Shown here piece by piece: positions 19,907-31,198 of a stretch of DNA of 64,000 bases. Source of the DNA: an uncultured delta proteobacterium (GTDB taxonomy: Bacteria > Desulfobacterota > Binatia > UBA9968). Position 1 is the stretch's first letter; each line of letters starts with the position of its first letter. The notes under the pieces are model-generated. The model was not told the origin of the DNA and searched no databases. It was given only the letters and a program-made list of their open reading frames with translations. Location of the stretch: contig CAVUVW010000005.1 in NCBI GenBank assembly GCA_963745035.1, forward strand, positions 64,001-128,000. Direction: 5' to 3'. The translations under genes and the position numbers were made by a program.

Positions 19907-22900
19907 ACTTTTCGGAACGGTTCATACATCAGCCGGTCATGACGACGGTCCTGACGCTGTCGGTGATTCTGTTCGGCGTGCTCGCCTATTTTCAACTTCC
20001 GGTGAACGACTTGCCGGCGGTCGATTATCCGGTCATTCAAGTTCAAGCGAGCTACCCGGGCGCCAGCCCGGAGACCGTCGCCAACAACATCGCGACGCCG
20101 CTCGAACGCCAGTTCATGCAAATCAATGGACTCGAGCTGGTGACTTCGAAAAGCACGCAAGGCCATACCAGCCTGACCCTTCAGTTCGCGCTCAGCAAAA
20201 GCATCGATGCCGCGGCCACGGATGTGCAAACCGCCATCTCGCAGGCGACGGGCAGCCTGCCTGTCGATTTGCCGTCGCCGCCGACATTTTCAAAAACCAA
20301 TCCCAACGATCAGCCGATCATGTATATCGCTCTCACCAGCGACTCGGTGACCCGCGGGCAGCTCTACGATTATGGCAGTACGCAAATCGGCCAGCGGATC
20401 AGTATTTTGCCGGGAGTTTCGCGGGTCAACGTATTCGGCACCAAGTCGGCGATACGCATCAAGGCGAATCCATCCAAGATGTGGGCGCGCAATATCTCGG
20501 TCGACGATCTCACCGCCGCGGTGAAAAGCGGCACGAGCTACACCGGCGCGGGGCAATTCGACGACAAGAGCGGCACGATGCTGTTGCGGCCCCAGGGCCA
20601 GCTCGATAGCGCTGAGGCCTACGGCGATCTCATCGTCGGTTCGACCAACGGCGCGCCGGTTTATCTGCGCGACGTGGCTGAGGTGCGCGAATCCGTACAG
20701 GATGAGAGGCTGAACATGCGCTTTTGGGCGCGCGGCTATCCTGTGCCCGGCGCGACGGTGGTGCTCGCGGTTTTTCGTCAGGCCGGCGCCAATGCCGTCC
20801 AAGTCGCCGACAGCATCCGCGCCTTGCTGCCGCAGATCAGCGCCGAGCTGCCCGGTTCGGTGCGCATTACGCCGCTCTACGATCGCTCGCGCGGTATCGT
20901 CAATTCCGTAAAAGACGTGCAGGAGACCTTGCTGATCGCCTTCGTTTTGGTGGTGCTGGTCATATTTCTTTTTCTCGGCCGGGCCACCGACACCTTGATT
21001 CCCGCGGTGGCGCTGCCGATTTCCCTGCTGATCACCTTCGTGGTGATGCAGGTTCTCGGTTACAGCCTGGATAATCTTTCCTTGATGGCGCTGACCTTGG
21101 CGATCGGATTCCTGGTGGACGACGCCATCGTGTTCCTGGAAAACACCGTGCGCCGCATGGAGCAGGGCGAAGGCGCTCTGCAAGCGACGATTCAGAGCGC
21201 CAAAGAGATCAGCTTTACGATCATTTCGATGACGATCTCGCTCGCGGCCGTGTTCATACCTCTGGTGTTCATGTCAGGATTGGTAGGCCGGATTTTCCGC
21301 GAATTCGCGGTCACCATCGTGGTCGCGATCATTGCTTCGGGTCTCGTCTCGCTCACCCTCACGCCGCTCATGTGCGCGCGCCTGCTCAAGGACCGCGGAG
21401 AAGGGTCGCGGCGCACTTGGATGGAGCGCAGGATCGGCGCCTTCGAGAAGCGGGTGCTCGGCGGCTACGGCAGATCGCTGTCATGGTTTCTCGCGCGCCG
21501 CTGGATCTCGCTGGTGATCTGGGTCGTTTGCCTGGCCGGCACGATCGGATTGTTTATGGCGGTGCCGAAGGCGTTCCTGCCACCGGGAGACAGCAGCGTC
21601 GTTACCGGCGTCTTCATCGGGCGCGAAGGCGCCTCGCCCGAGGAAATGTATGCGATTCAGGAGCAGGTCGACGCCGTGCTGCTGCAGAATCCCAACGTCA
21701 TGGCCACCATCGAGGTTACGGGACTGGCTCAATTCATAGCATCTAACCAAGGAATCATGTTCACATTTCTTAAAGCCGCCCGCCGGCCGCGCGCCGATCC
21801 ATGAAGAGGCGGCAAAGCTAATGGGCGCCATGGCAAGAATTCCCGGGGTGATCGCGTTTCTTCGGCCATTTCCGGTCCTGGAAATCAGCACCGGCGCGAC
21901 CAACCAAAGCCAGGGCCAGTACCAGTTCTCTATTTCCGGGGTGAATCCCCCGCAGGTCTATGACGCCAGCGCAAAGCTATTGGCCAAGATGCACGAATAT
22001 CCAGGCTTTCTGACCGTGTCATCGGACTATTACAACAATACGCCAAGTCTCGATATCGAGCTCCGGCGCGAGCAGGCAAAGCTCAACGGCGTATCCGAGG
22101 CGCGCATTCTTACGCTGCTGCGCAACGCCTACTCGCAGAACTATCTCTATTTGATCAAGAAACCCGCGGATCAATATCAAGTGATCCTCGAAGCCGCAGA
22201 TGCCGCCCGCTCTACGGCGGAAGACTTGAGGCTGCTCTACATCCGCTCCGACGACGGCAAGCGGCTCGTGCCGCTCGACGCGCTGGTTAACTGGAAGCCA
22301 TCCTTGGGACCGCAGGCGGTCAACCATTTGAATCAATTCACCAGCGTCACGCTTTCCTTCAATCTCAAGCCCGGAGTTGCGATTGGCGACGCCACCGACT
22401 TTATCAATAACGCGGCAGCGCAAATCGTGCCTTCGAGTTTGCGCGCAAGTTTGCAAGGCGAGGCGCTGACTTTTCAAAACACGGTCCGCGACCTGACGAT
22501 TCTGATGGCTTTGGCGGTGTTCGTCATGTACGTGATCCTGGCAATTCTTTACGAAAGCTATCTTCATCCCTTGACCGTGCTCTCGACTTTGCCAACCGCG
22601 CTCGTCGGCGGACTGCTCACGCTCTATCTCTTCGGCGAGCAAGCCTCTTTGTATGCCTTCGTCGGGATGTTCATGTTGATGGGCATCGTCAAGAAGAACG
22701 GCATCATGATCATCGATTTCGCCATTCATCGCGTCGGCGCGGGGGAACCGGCGGTGCAAGCGATTCACGACGCAAGCATCGATCGTTTTCGACCGATCTT
22801 GATGACCACGCTTGCCGCTGTATTCGGCGCGCTGCCGATCGCCCTCGGCTGGGGCGCGGACGGCGCATCACGGCGCCCGCTGGGACTCGTTATCGTCGGC

Positions 22901-23053
22901 GGCTTGGTCGTGTCCCAGTTCATCACGCTATTCATCACGCCTGTGATTTATCTGTATTTCGAAGATTTCCAGGAAAAGGTCCTCGACCGCACTTCCTTCT
23001 TTCGCTCCTCGCGGACGAGAGCGACGGCAGGCCTAGCGCGCGAGCGCGACTAG
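19903..23053 (+). CDS. RND efflux permease (MdtB/C-like), frameshift near 21773
   Basis: LPAVDYP, IGFLVDDAIV, GIVKKNGIMIIDFA, RFRPILMTT; one extra A in TAAAGCC separates ORFs 19903..21804 and 21821..23053. Confidence 0.9.
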
Positions 23054-23116
23054 GAGTGGCGCGGGGGCCGGGCCAGTATTTCAGGCGTCGCCAATCGGGC
23101 GTTTGCTTTTCTTCGT

Positions 23117-23144
23117 GGAAACTTATAAAACCGTAACAGTTTCC
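23117..23144. promoter_or_regulatory. Putative TetR operator
   Basis: Perfect GGAAACT-N14-AGTTTCC inverted repeat ending 7 bp before the TetR ATG. Confidence 0.6.
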
Positions 23145-23151
23145 TAAGTAT

Positions 23152-23814
23152 ATGAACCGCAAAACCGGCAAAAAAACCACGAGCGTCGCGGTGGTAGGCG
23201 GCGACGGCGCCGCCGCGCAGCGCATCGTCGCGGCGGCGCGGCGCCATTTCTTTGCTCACGGCATTCGCTCGGTGACCATGGACGACTTGGCCGCCGAGCT
23301 CGGCATGAGCAAGAAGACGCTTTACGCCGCCTTCCCGGGAAAGCGCGACGTGTTGCGCGCCGTGCTGTTGGAAAAGTTCCGCGACGTGGAAACGGATCTC
23401 GAGCAGGCGATGACCGGCGCCTCCACCGACGTGCTTGGCGCGCTCCACAAGCTGCTCGCCTGCATGCGCCATCACACCGACGAAATCCAGCCGTCGTTCG
23501 TGCGCGATATCCGGCGCGAGGCGCCTGAGTTCTTTAAATTGATCGAAGACCGGCGCCGCCGGCTTATCCAGCGCTATTTCGGCAGGCTCTTCGAGGCGGG
23601 CCAGAGCGCGGGAATCATCCGCAAGGATATCGCCACTCGATTGATGATCGAGATGTTGGTCGGCGTGACCGAAGCGATCATGAATCCGCCGAAGATGGCT
23701 GAGCTCGGATTAACGCCCAGGGCCGGCTACATCAGCGTGATCACGGTGATGCTCGAGGGGCTGCTGACGGAAAAAGGCAGGGCGGAGAAGGCTGCTGGAT
23801 TGGATCGACTATGA
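23152..23814 (+). CDS. TetR family regulator
   Basis: GIRSVTMDDLAAELGMSKKTLY HTH. Confidence 0.9.
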   Translation: MNRKTGKKTTSVAVVGGDGAAAQRIVAAARRHFFAHGIRSVTMDDLAAELGMSKKTLYAAFPGKRDVLRAVLLEKFRDVETDLEQAMTGASTDVLGALHKLLACMRHHTDEIQPSFVRDIRREAPEFFKLIEDRRRRLIQRYFGRLFEAGQSAGIIRKDIATRLMIEMLVGVTEAIMNPPKMAELGLTPRAGYISVITVMLEGLLTEKGRAEKAAGLDRL

Positions 23815-24830
23815 AACGATCGGTGTGGATCGCGGTGATCGTCCTCGCGGCGCTGGCAGCCGGGGCGGCGATCTGGCGGTGGACTCGAAACGACAAGACC
23901 AGCGATGAGCTCGCGCTCTACGGCAATGTCGATCTGCGCCAAGTCGATCTCGCGTTCAACAACAGCGAGCGCATCGCGGCGGTGCTGGTGCAGGAAGGTG
24001 AGCGGGTGCGCAAGGGCCAAGTGCTCGCGCGGCTCGACACGGCTCGGATCGAGCCCCAGCTTGCGCAGGTCGAAGCGCAGGCGATGGCGCAGCGCCAGGT
24101 CGTGCAGCGACTGCGCAACGGCACCCGGCCCGAGGAAGTCGCGCAGGCACGCGCCAACGTCGATTCGGCACAGGCCGATCTGGTGAACGCGCGGCTGCAA
24201 CACGAACGGCTGCAGAGCGCCGCGGAGATCTCCGCCGGAAGGGCGGTCAGGCAGCAGGATGTCGACAACGCCAAGGCTGCGCTGCAGGTCGCCGAAGCAA
24301 AATTGGCGGTCAATCAAAAGGCCTTGGATTTGGCCGTCGCCGGCCCGCGCAAAGAAGAGATCGCCGAGAACGCGGCACTCTTGCGAGCCAGCGAGGCGCA
24401 GGCGGCGCTCTTGCGCCAGCAGCGCGCCGACTCGGAGCTGATCGCTCCCGTCGACGCTGTCGTGCGCACGCGCGCGATGGAGCCGGGCGAAATGGCGTCG
24501 CCGCAACGGACCGTATTCGCGCTCGCGATCACTGACCCGAAGTGGGTGCGCGTTTATGTTGCCGAGCCCGACTTGGGAAAAATTCGTCATGGCATGCCCG
24601 CCGCGGTGTCGGTGGATAGCTTTCCTGGCCGGCGCTTCGAAGGCTGGGTCGGATTCATTTCGCCCGTCGCCGAGTTCACGCCGAAATCCGTTCACACCGA
24701 AGAACTGCGCACCAGCCTCGTTTATGAAGTACGCGTCTTCGTCAAAGATCCGGACGACAACTTGCGCCTCGGCATGCCGGCGACAGCGTACTTGCAGATT
24801 GGAGAGACAAGCAAGGAGAAGGGGAGATAA
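23811..24830 (+). CDS. HlyD-family membrane fusion protein (YbhG-like)
   Basis: LYGNVDLRQV, ISPVAEFTPKSV.TEELRTSLVY, LRLGMP. Confidence 0.9.
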   Translation: MKRSVWIAVIVLAALAAGAAIWRWTRNDKTSDELALYGNVDLRQVDLAFNNSERIAAVLVQEGERVRKGQVLARLDTARIEPQLAQVEAQAMAQRQVVQRLRNGTRPEEVAQARANVDSAQADLVNARLQHERLQSAAEISAGRAVRQQDVDNAKAALQVAEAKLAVNQKALDLAVAGPRKEEIAENAALLRASEAQAALLRQQRADSELIAPVDAVVRTRAMEPGEMASPQRTVFALAITDPKWVRVYVAEPDLGKIRHGMPAAVSVDSFPGRRFEGWVGFISPVAEFTPKSVHTEELRTSLVYEVRVFVKDPDDNLRLGMPATAYLQIGETSKEKGR

Positions 24831-24866
24831 GGAGACAAGGAGACCGGGAGACAGGGGGACGAGGAG
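24801..24866 (+). repeat. Degenerate 8-nt GGAGACAA tandem repeat
   Basis: GGAGATAAGGAGACAAGGAGACCGGGAGACAGGGGGACGAGGAG. Confidence 0.75.
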
Positions 24867-24904
24867 TGCGAATGAGGATTCAACGAACGCGGCTATCCGA
24901 AGTC

Positions 24905-24979
24905 CATCATCCCGCATGTTTAAGCTGGAATCCAGGAATTCGGAACTGGACCCCCGATTAGAGCATTCGGGGGTGACGT
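24905..24979. repeat. Composite REP element, copy 1
   Basis: CATCCCGCATGTTTAAGCTGGAATCCAG-linker-CTGGACCCCCGATTAGAGCATTCGGGGGTGACG; matches 61412..61490. Confidence 0.7.
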
Positions 24980-24995
24980 TTTAAGTAAGAGTTTT

Positions 24996-26873
24996 ATGAG
25001 TGTTGAAAAAAAAGATGCCGCGCTTATCGGCAGCAATATTCGGAAATCGTTCCGTCGCGAGAGCGGCGGAACGGTGGCGGCGCTGGACGGCGTTTCGTTG
25101 ACAGTCGAGCACTGCGCGCTGACGGCGCTGGTGGGCCCGGACGGGGCGGGGAAGACCACTCTCATTCGTTTGGCGACGGGTCTCATGGAAGCCGACGGGG
25201 GGACGCTCGAAGTGTTGGGCGTCGATGTGAAGCTCGATCCGCAAAACGTGCAAAGCCGGATCGGATACATGCCGCAGCGCTTCGGTCTGTACGAGGATCT
25301 TTCGGTTCAGGAAAATCTCGATCTCTATGCTGATCTGCACGGCGTGACATTCGATGAGCGCCGCGAGCGTTATCCACGGCTCATGGAGATGACCGCACTG
25401 GGGCGGTTTACCGGCAGGCTCGCGGGCCGGCTGTCGGGAGGGATGAAACAGAAGCTTGGCCTGGCATGCACGCTGGTGCGCTCGCCGGAATTGCTATTGC
25501 TGGACGAGCCGACCGTCGGCGTCGATCCGTTATCGCGGCGCGAGTTGTGGGAAATTATTCTCCAACTCGTCAACGAGCGCGGCCTGACCGTGCTGGTCAG
25601 CACTTCCTATCTCGATGAAGCGGAGCGCTGCGGCCGGGTAATTGTGCTTCATGAAGGCCACGTCTTGGCGCAGGGGCGGCCGAGCGACGTGAGCGGCGTT
25701 GCCGAAGGACGCGCCTTTCTTGCCGAGCCGCGCGCGGGGCAGAAAGCCCGCGCGCTGCAGGCGCGATTGCTCGACGAGGCGGGGATCGTCGATGCCGTGC
25801 CGGAGGGCGGTAAGGTGCGGTTTGTTACGAAGGACAGACAAGGAGACAAGGAGACGGGGAGACAAGGAACTGGCGGACAAGGAGACAAAGAGAGAGGGAG
25901 ACAAGGAGTAACGATTGAAGCAGATCCAGATTCGCCTCTCGCCGGCACCGTCATCGTGCCTGCCGAGCCGCGATTTGAAGACGGCTTCATGGCGCTGTTG
26001 GAACGGACAAGGAGACGGGGAGACAAGGAGAGGGGAAGAGAAGGGGATAAGGAGAGAAGGAGACAAGGAGAAAATACGGAGCGCTCCGAGGCTCTGACGG
26101 TCGGGGATGCGGTGGTGGTCGTGCGCGATTTGGTTCGGAAGTTCGGCAGTTTCACCGCCGTCGATCACGTGAACTTCGAAGTTCAGCGCGGCGAGATTTT
26201 CGGTTTGCTTGGTCCCAACGGTGCGGGCAAAACTACGACGTTCCGCATGCTCTGCGGACTCTTGCCCGCGACGGGTGGAGTGCTCCGAGTGGCCGGCGTC
26301 GATTTGCGGCATGCGCGCGCTTCAGCGCGCCAGCGAATCGGCTACGTGGCGCAGAAATTTTCGCTCTACGGCCACCTCGGCGTGGGCGAGAATCTCGAAT
26401 TTTTCGCCAGCGCTTACAATCTGCGCGGCGCGCGAAAACAACAGCGAATCGAGTGGGCTCTGGAGCAGTTCGATCTGAGCGGGTTTGTCGACCTGCCGAG
26501 CGGTCATCTGCCCGGCGGATACAAGCAGCGGCTCGCCATGGCCGCGGCGTTGCTGCATCAGCCGGAGACTTTGTTTCTCGACGAGCCGACCAGCGGCGCC
26601 GACCCGCTGGCGCGGCGCGACTTCTGGCGCCGCATCGTCGCGCTCGCCGACGACGGCGTGACGGTGATCGTGACCACCCACTTCATGGAAGAAGCCGAAT
26701 ATTGCGACCGCATCGCGATTCTCGACGCCGGACGGGTGTTGGCTCAGGGTACTCCGGCCGAGATCCGCACCCGTGCCACTGATATCGGTCGTGAGCCGAC
26801 GATGGAAGACGCGTTCATCGCGATCGTCGAAGAGGCGCGCGAGTCGGCAGCAAACGGTGGAGCCGCAGCATGA
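24996..26873 (+). CDS. ABC-2 dual ATPase (YbhF-like)
   Basis: Two NBDs: GPDGAGKTT/LSGGMKQK/LDEPT and GPNGAGKTT/LDEPT. Confidence 0.92.
   Translation: MSVEKKDAALIGSNIRKSFRRESGGTVAALDGVSLTVEHCALTALVGPDGAGKTTLIRLATGLMEADGGTLEVLGVDVKLDPQNVQSRIGYMPQRFGLYEDLSVQENLDLYADLHGVTFDERRERYPRLMEMTALGRFTGRLAGRLSGGMKQKLGLACTLVRSPELLLLDEPTVGVDPLSRRELWEIILQLVNERGLTVLVSTSYLDEAERCGRVIVLHEGHVLAQGRPSDVSGVAEGRAFLAEPRAGQKARALQARLLDEAGIVDAVPEGGKVRFVTKDRQGDKETGRQGTGGQGDKERGRQGVTIEADPDSPLAGTVIVPAEPRFEDGFMALLERTRRRGDKERGREGDKERRRQGENTERSEALTVGDAVVVVRDLVRKFGSFTAVDHVNFEVQRGEIFGLLGPNGAGKTTTFRMLCGLLPATGGVLRVAGVDLRHARASARQRIGYVAQKFSLYGHLGVGENLEFFASAYNLRGARKQQRIEWALEQFDLSGFVDLPSGHLPGGYKQRLAMAAALLHQPETLFLDEPTSGADPLARRDFWRRIVALADDGVTVIVTTHFMEEAEYCDRIAILDAGRVLAQGTPAEIRTRATDIGREPTMEDAFIAIVEEARESAANGGAAA
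25832..26071 (+). repeat. Two in-frame GGAGACAA repeat tracts in the ATPase linker
   Basis: Tracts at 25832-25908 and 26005-26071 encode GDKETGRQ-like repeats. Confidence 0.75.
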
Positions 26874-28015
26874 CAACCGAGCGGGCAATGGATCACGAGC
26901 GCGGTGCCGCGCGTCGGGTGGTTTCACTGGTAAAAAAAGAAGTGCGCCAAGTGGTGCGCGACCCGAGCAGCATCGCCATCGGCATCGTGCTGCCGGTCGT
27001 GCTGATTCTCTTGTTCGGCTACGGCATGTCGCTCGACGTGACCAATGTGCCGGTGGCGATCGTTCTCGAGGATTCGTCGCCGGCGTCGACGGAGCTGGCG
27101 GCAAGCTTCGAGCTTTCACGCTATTTCGAAGCGCAGAGAACGACATCCATGCCTCAGGCCGAGAAGCTGATGCTGGCGCGCAAGGTCGATGGCATCGTGC
27201 GCATCCGGCCCGACTTCAGCCGCCGGTTGAGCGCCGGCGAGGCCGAGGTGCAGATCCTGGTTCACGGCGTCGACGCCAATCGCGCGCGCATCATCCAAAG
27301 CTACGCGCAGGGCGCCGTCGGTACCTGGGCGGCGCGCCGGAGCGCTCAAGGAAAAGAAGTCACGACCGGTCCGGTACGCGTGCAGAATCGTCTTTGGTAC
27401 AACGAGGCGAACGAGAGCCGCTACTTTCTCGTGCCGGGCCTGATCGTGCTGGTGATGACCTTGATCGGCGCGCTGTTGACTTCGCTCGTGGTGGCGCGCG
27501 AGTGGGAGCGCGGCACCATCGAGGCGCTATTCGTCACTCCGGTACGGCCCGGCGAGATTCTGCTCGGAAAAACGATCCCGTATTTCGCGCTCGGCATGAT
27601 CGGCTTCGCGCTCTGCCTATTGGCCGCCAAATTTCTGTTTCACGTGCCGTTTCGCGGCTCGGTGCTGGTGTTGGCCGGAGTGTCGATGCTTTATCTGCTG
27701 GTGGCGTTGGCGCTCGGCCTGCTGATCTCGTCGGCGCTGAAAAGCCAATTCGTGGCGAGCCAGGTGACTTTGCTGGTGACCTTTCTTCCCGCGGTCATGC
27801 TTTCCGGTTTTCTGTTCGATCTGCGCAGCCTGCCGGCGGCCGTGCAACTTATCACTTTTCTCCTGCCGGCGCGCTACTACGTGACACTGTTGCAGACGAT
27901 TTTTCTCGTCGGCGACATCTGGCGGGTGATCCTGCCGAACGCCGCCGTGCTCGCCGCGATGATGACGGCGCTCTTGTGGCTGGCGCGCCGCGCGACAAAA
28001 AAGCAGTTGGCATGA
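26870..28015 (+). CDS. ABC-2 permease (YbhS-like)
   Basis: KEVRQVVRDPSS, VAREWERGTIEAL. Confidence 0.9.
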   Translation: MTTERAMDHERGAARRVVSLVKKEVRQVVRDPSSIAIGIVLPVVLILLFGYGMSLDVTNVPVAIVLEDSSPASTELAASFELSRYFEAQRTTSMPQAEKLMLARKVDGIVRIRPDFSRRLSAGEAEVQILVHGVDANRARIIQSYAQGAVGTWAARRSAQGKEVTTGPVRVQNRLWYNEANESRYFLVPGLIVLVMTLIGALLTSLVVAREWERGTIEALFVTPVRPGEILLGKTIPYFALGMIGFALCLLAAKFLFHVPFRGSVLVLAGVSMLYLLVALALGLLISSALKSQFVASQVTLLVTFLPAVMLSGFLFDLRSLPAAVQLITFLLPARYYVTLLQTIFLVGDIWRVILPNAAVLAAMMTALLWLARRATKKQLA

Positions 28016-28022
28016 GGCGGCC

Positions 28023-29142
28023 GTGATCGAAACTTTCTTGCGCATCATCGCGCTCACGCGCAAAGAGCTCCTGGCGATTCTCAAAGATCCGCGCACGCGC
28101 TTGAGCCTCGTGCTGCCGCCGATCCTCCAGTGCCTCATTTACGGCTACGTGGCGACCTACGACTTGAACGACGTGGCCTACGCGGTGCTCGACAAGGACC
28201 GCAGCGCGGCATCGCGCGAGCTGCTCTCCGGCCTGGACGGCTCCGGGGTCTTCCGGCGCGTCGCCGATCTGCAGCGCGAGGACGACATCCGGCGCATGAT
28301 CGACGAGCAGCGCGTATTGCTGGTGATCCAGATCGAGCAGGACTTCGCGCGCCGTCTCATGTCCGGCGGACCAGCCGACGTGCAAATCATCGCCGACGGG
28401 CGCAACTCGAACACCGCCGGCACGGCGATGAGCTACGTGAATGAAATCGTCGAAGCGTTCAACGCTGACTGGCGCGCGGCGCATAACCAGGGCGATCCGC
28501 CGCTCCGGCTCATCACCCGTGCCTGGTACAACCCCAATCTGGAAACCCGCTGGCACATGATTCCGGCGCTGCTCGGCATGCTTACGCTTCTCGAGACGAT
28601 TCTCTTGACCGGACTGTCGGTGGCGCGCGAGCGCGAGCAGGGCACCTTCGATCAACTGCTGGTGACGCCGTTTCGTCCGGTGGAAATCATGATCGGCAAG
28701 GCGATGCCGCCCATGCTCGTCGGCATCGTCCAGGCGACGTTGGTGCTTCTGGTGGCGCAGCTGTGGTTCCGGATTCCGTTCGCCGGCTCGTTTGTCTACG
28801 CTTTACATCGGGCTGACCATTTTCTTGCTCGCCGCCAGCGGTATCGGTTTGCTGCTGTCGTCGGTGGCCGCAACCATGCAGCAGGCCATGCTCTATTCGT
28901 TCATGCTGATCATGCCTTTCGCACTGCTTTCCGGTTTTACTACGCCGATCACGAGCATGCCGGAGTTTCTGCAATACTTCACGTTGATCAACCCGCTGCG
29001 CTACGCCATCGAAATGGCCCATCGAGTGTATCTCGAAGGGGCGGGCCTGCCGCTGCTCTGGCCGGAGCTTTGGCCGCTCGGGCTGATTGCGGCGGTGACA
29101 CTCTCCTCGGCGGCGTGGATGTTTCGCCACCGGCTGGTTTAG
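28023..29142 (+). CDS. ABC-2 permease (YbhR-like), frameshift near 28797
   Basis: KELLAILKDP, AREREQGTFDQL; C-terminus LSGFTTPI..MP lies in the 28792..29142 frame. Confidence 0.88.
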
Positions 29143-29179
29143 ATGCGCGGTCGGATTTGCTAGATTGTCGGAGGTTAGA

Positions 29180-30634
29180 ATGGTTGCCGAAAGATTTAAG
29201 TCGATAGCGGTGAAGTTGGCTCTGCTGCCGCTCGTTCTCGCGACGGCGTGCAGCGTTGGTCCGGATTACAAAGAGCCGGCCCTCGCCGTGCCGGCGGAGT
29301 GGAATGAAGCGCAGCAAAAAGGCGTCGACACGCGCACAGCGGAGCTGGCGCGCTGGTGGACCGCTTTCGAAGACCCGCTGCTCAACTCGCTGATCGATCG
29401 CGCGGTGAAGTCGAATCTCGATCTCCGCGTCGCCGAGGCGCGCATCCGAGAGGCGCGCGCATCACGGGCCGCGGTCGCAGCCGGCGCCTGGCCCACCCTG
29501 GATACTTCCGGCTCTTACACGCGAAGCCGCAGCAGCGAGAATGCGTTCAACATTCCTTTGCAAGGCGGCACAGATGGCACGGGTCAGGGTATCAAGCTGG
29601 AGCGCAATCTGTTCAACGCCGGCTTCGATGCCGATTGGGAGCTCGACGTGTTCGGCGGCGTGCGCCGCAGCGTCGAAGCGGCGGACGCGACCATCGAAGC
29701 GACGGAATACAACCGGCGGGATATTCTCGTGTCGCTGCTGGGCGACGTTGCCAGGAATTATATCGACCTGCGCGGCGCGCAGCGCCGGCTCGCGGTCGCG
29801 CGCGCTAATCTCAAGACGCAGCTGGATTCGCTGGATCTGACGCGGGTGCGTTTCAGCGCCGGGCTGGCCAGTGACCTGGACGTGGCTCGCGCGGAAGCGC
29901 AGCTCAATGCGACCGCATCGCAGGTTCCGACTTTCGAAAGTCTTTTGAAGCAGGCGGCGTACAGTCTCGATTTGCTGTTGGGCCTCTCGCCCGGAGCGCT
30001 CTGGCAGGAGCTTGAAAAGGAGCTGGCGATCCCCAATCTACCGCCCGAAGTGCTCGTGGGATTACCTTCGGATCTGCTGCGCCGCCGTCCGGACATCCGC
30101 TTTGCCGAGCGGCAACTTGCCGCCGCCACGGCGCAGGTTGGTTCGGCGATCGCCGATCTATTTCCGAGGTTCTTTTTAACCGGCGCGGCGGGCCTGCAGA
30201 GCATCAGCGCCAGCGACTGGTTTTCGGGAGGAAGCCATTATTGGTCGATCGGGCCGACGATCCGCTGGCCGATCTTCGATGCGGGCAGAATCCGCGCCAA
30301 CATCGCGATTCGTAACGCGCAGCAGGAGCAAGCGTTGGGTCAATATGAAAAGGCGGTGCTCGCCGCGTTCGGTGACGTGGAGAAGTCGTTGGTCAACTAT
30401 TCGCGCGAGCAAATCCGTTATCGATCGCTCACCGAGGCAGTCGCGGCGAATCGCCGCGCTCTCGAATTGGCCAATGAGCTTTATGTCCGCGGCCTCAATG
30501 ATTACCTCAATGTCCTCGACACGCAGCGCGCGCTCTACCTAACCGAAAACGAGATGGCGCAAAGCGAGGCGACCATGGCCTCGAACCTGGTCGCGCTTTA
30601 CAAGGCGCTGGGCGGCGGCTGGGAGATGAATTGA
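29180..30634 (+). CDS. NodT/OprM-family outer-membrane efflux lipoprotein
   Basis: Lipobox ATAC-SVGPDY; WELDVFGG, LPSDLLRRRPDI, LYKALGGGW. Confidence 0.93.
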   Translation: MVAERFKSIAVKLALLPLVLATACSVGPDYKEPALAVPAEWNEAQQKGVDTRTAELARWWTAFEDPLLNSLIDRAVKSNLDLRVAEARIREARASRAAVAAGAWPTLDTSGSYTRSRSSENAFNIPLQGGTDGTGQGIKLERNLFNAGFDADWELDVFGGVRRSVEAADATIEATEYNRRDILVSLLGDVARNYIDLRGAQRRLAVARANLKTQLDSLDLTRVRFSAGLASDLDVARAEAQLNATASQVPTFESLLKQAAYSLDLLLGLSPGALWQELEKELAIPNLPPEVLVGLPSDLLRRRPDIRFAERQLAAATAQVGSAIADLFPRFFLTGAAGLQSISASDWFSGGSHYWSIGPTIRWPIFDAGRIRANIAIRNAQQEQALGQYEKAVLAAFGDVEKSLVNYSREQIRYRSLTEAVAANRRALELANELYVRGLNDYLNVLDTQRALYLTENEMAQSEATMASNLVALYKALGGGWEMN

Positions 30635-30830
30635 CGTGAAATCCGGCGCGCGGGTAATTCGTATTCATTGGGCTCGCGTGGAACTTAATGAAAAGCTCAA
30701 TGGAAGCTCCGGTCTCGCTCTGAAATCTCCGTAAGTATGCCCCTCCCTTTGGAAAAGAGGCGCAACGGGAGGTTTTCCCAATGATCGCACGCAATAAGCG
30801 ACCGTCTACATGCTTCAAACACCGCGGCAC

Positions 30831-30896
30831 TTATACGCCGGACTGATCGAGGTTATCGTCGGCGCTCTGATCGCGCTGGGTCTGTTCACGGTGTAG
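30831..30896 (+). pseudogene. DoxX-family membrane protein remnant
   Basis: LYAGLIEVIVGALIALGLFTV* resembles the DoxX E..GG.L...GLFTR motif; no start or end. Confidence 0.45.
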
Positions 30897-31198
30897 GCGT
30901 GAAGGTAGTTCGACGAAACAGAGCGGGACCGACCGATCCGTCAAATAAGCCTAAGCCTCCGGACCTTACCATGATAATTCTTTTCAACATTGTCCACTAT
31001 TAGACACTAATCCCTGCCGTGGATGGTTACCTTACGTGTAAAGGCGAGAGCTGTAATGGCGCGCAAGAGGTAGAAGGCCCGTCGAGACGACCGCGTTGGC
31101 ATGGATTTCCGTTGTGGTTCGGCAACGAACGTATTTCCGGTTCAGACCCTCCCTCTTCCAATATCCAAAGGCTCATCACGAGCCTGAAAAGGAGAGTT

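Noticed and set aside
21765-21830. Programmed frameshift or naturally split RND gene
   Set aside because: No slippery heptamer is present; a single extra A matches the window-wide indel error pattern.
24801-26071. Repeat tracts as a possible CRISPR array
   Set aside because: They are 8-nt degenerate tandem units with no spacers and no cas genes.
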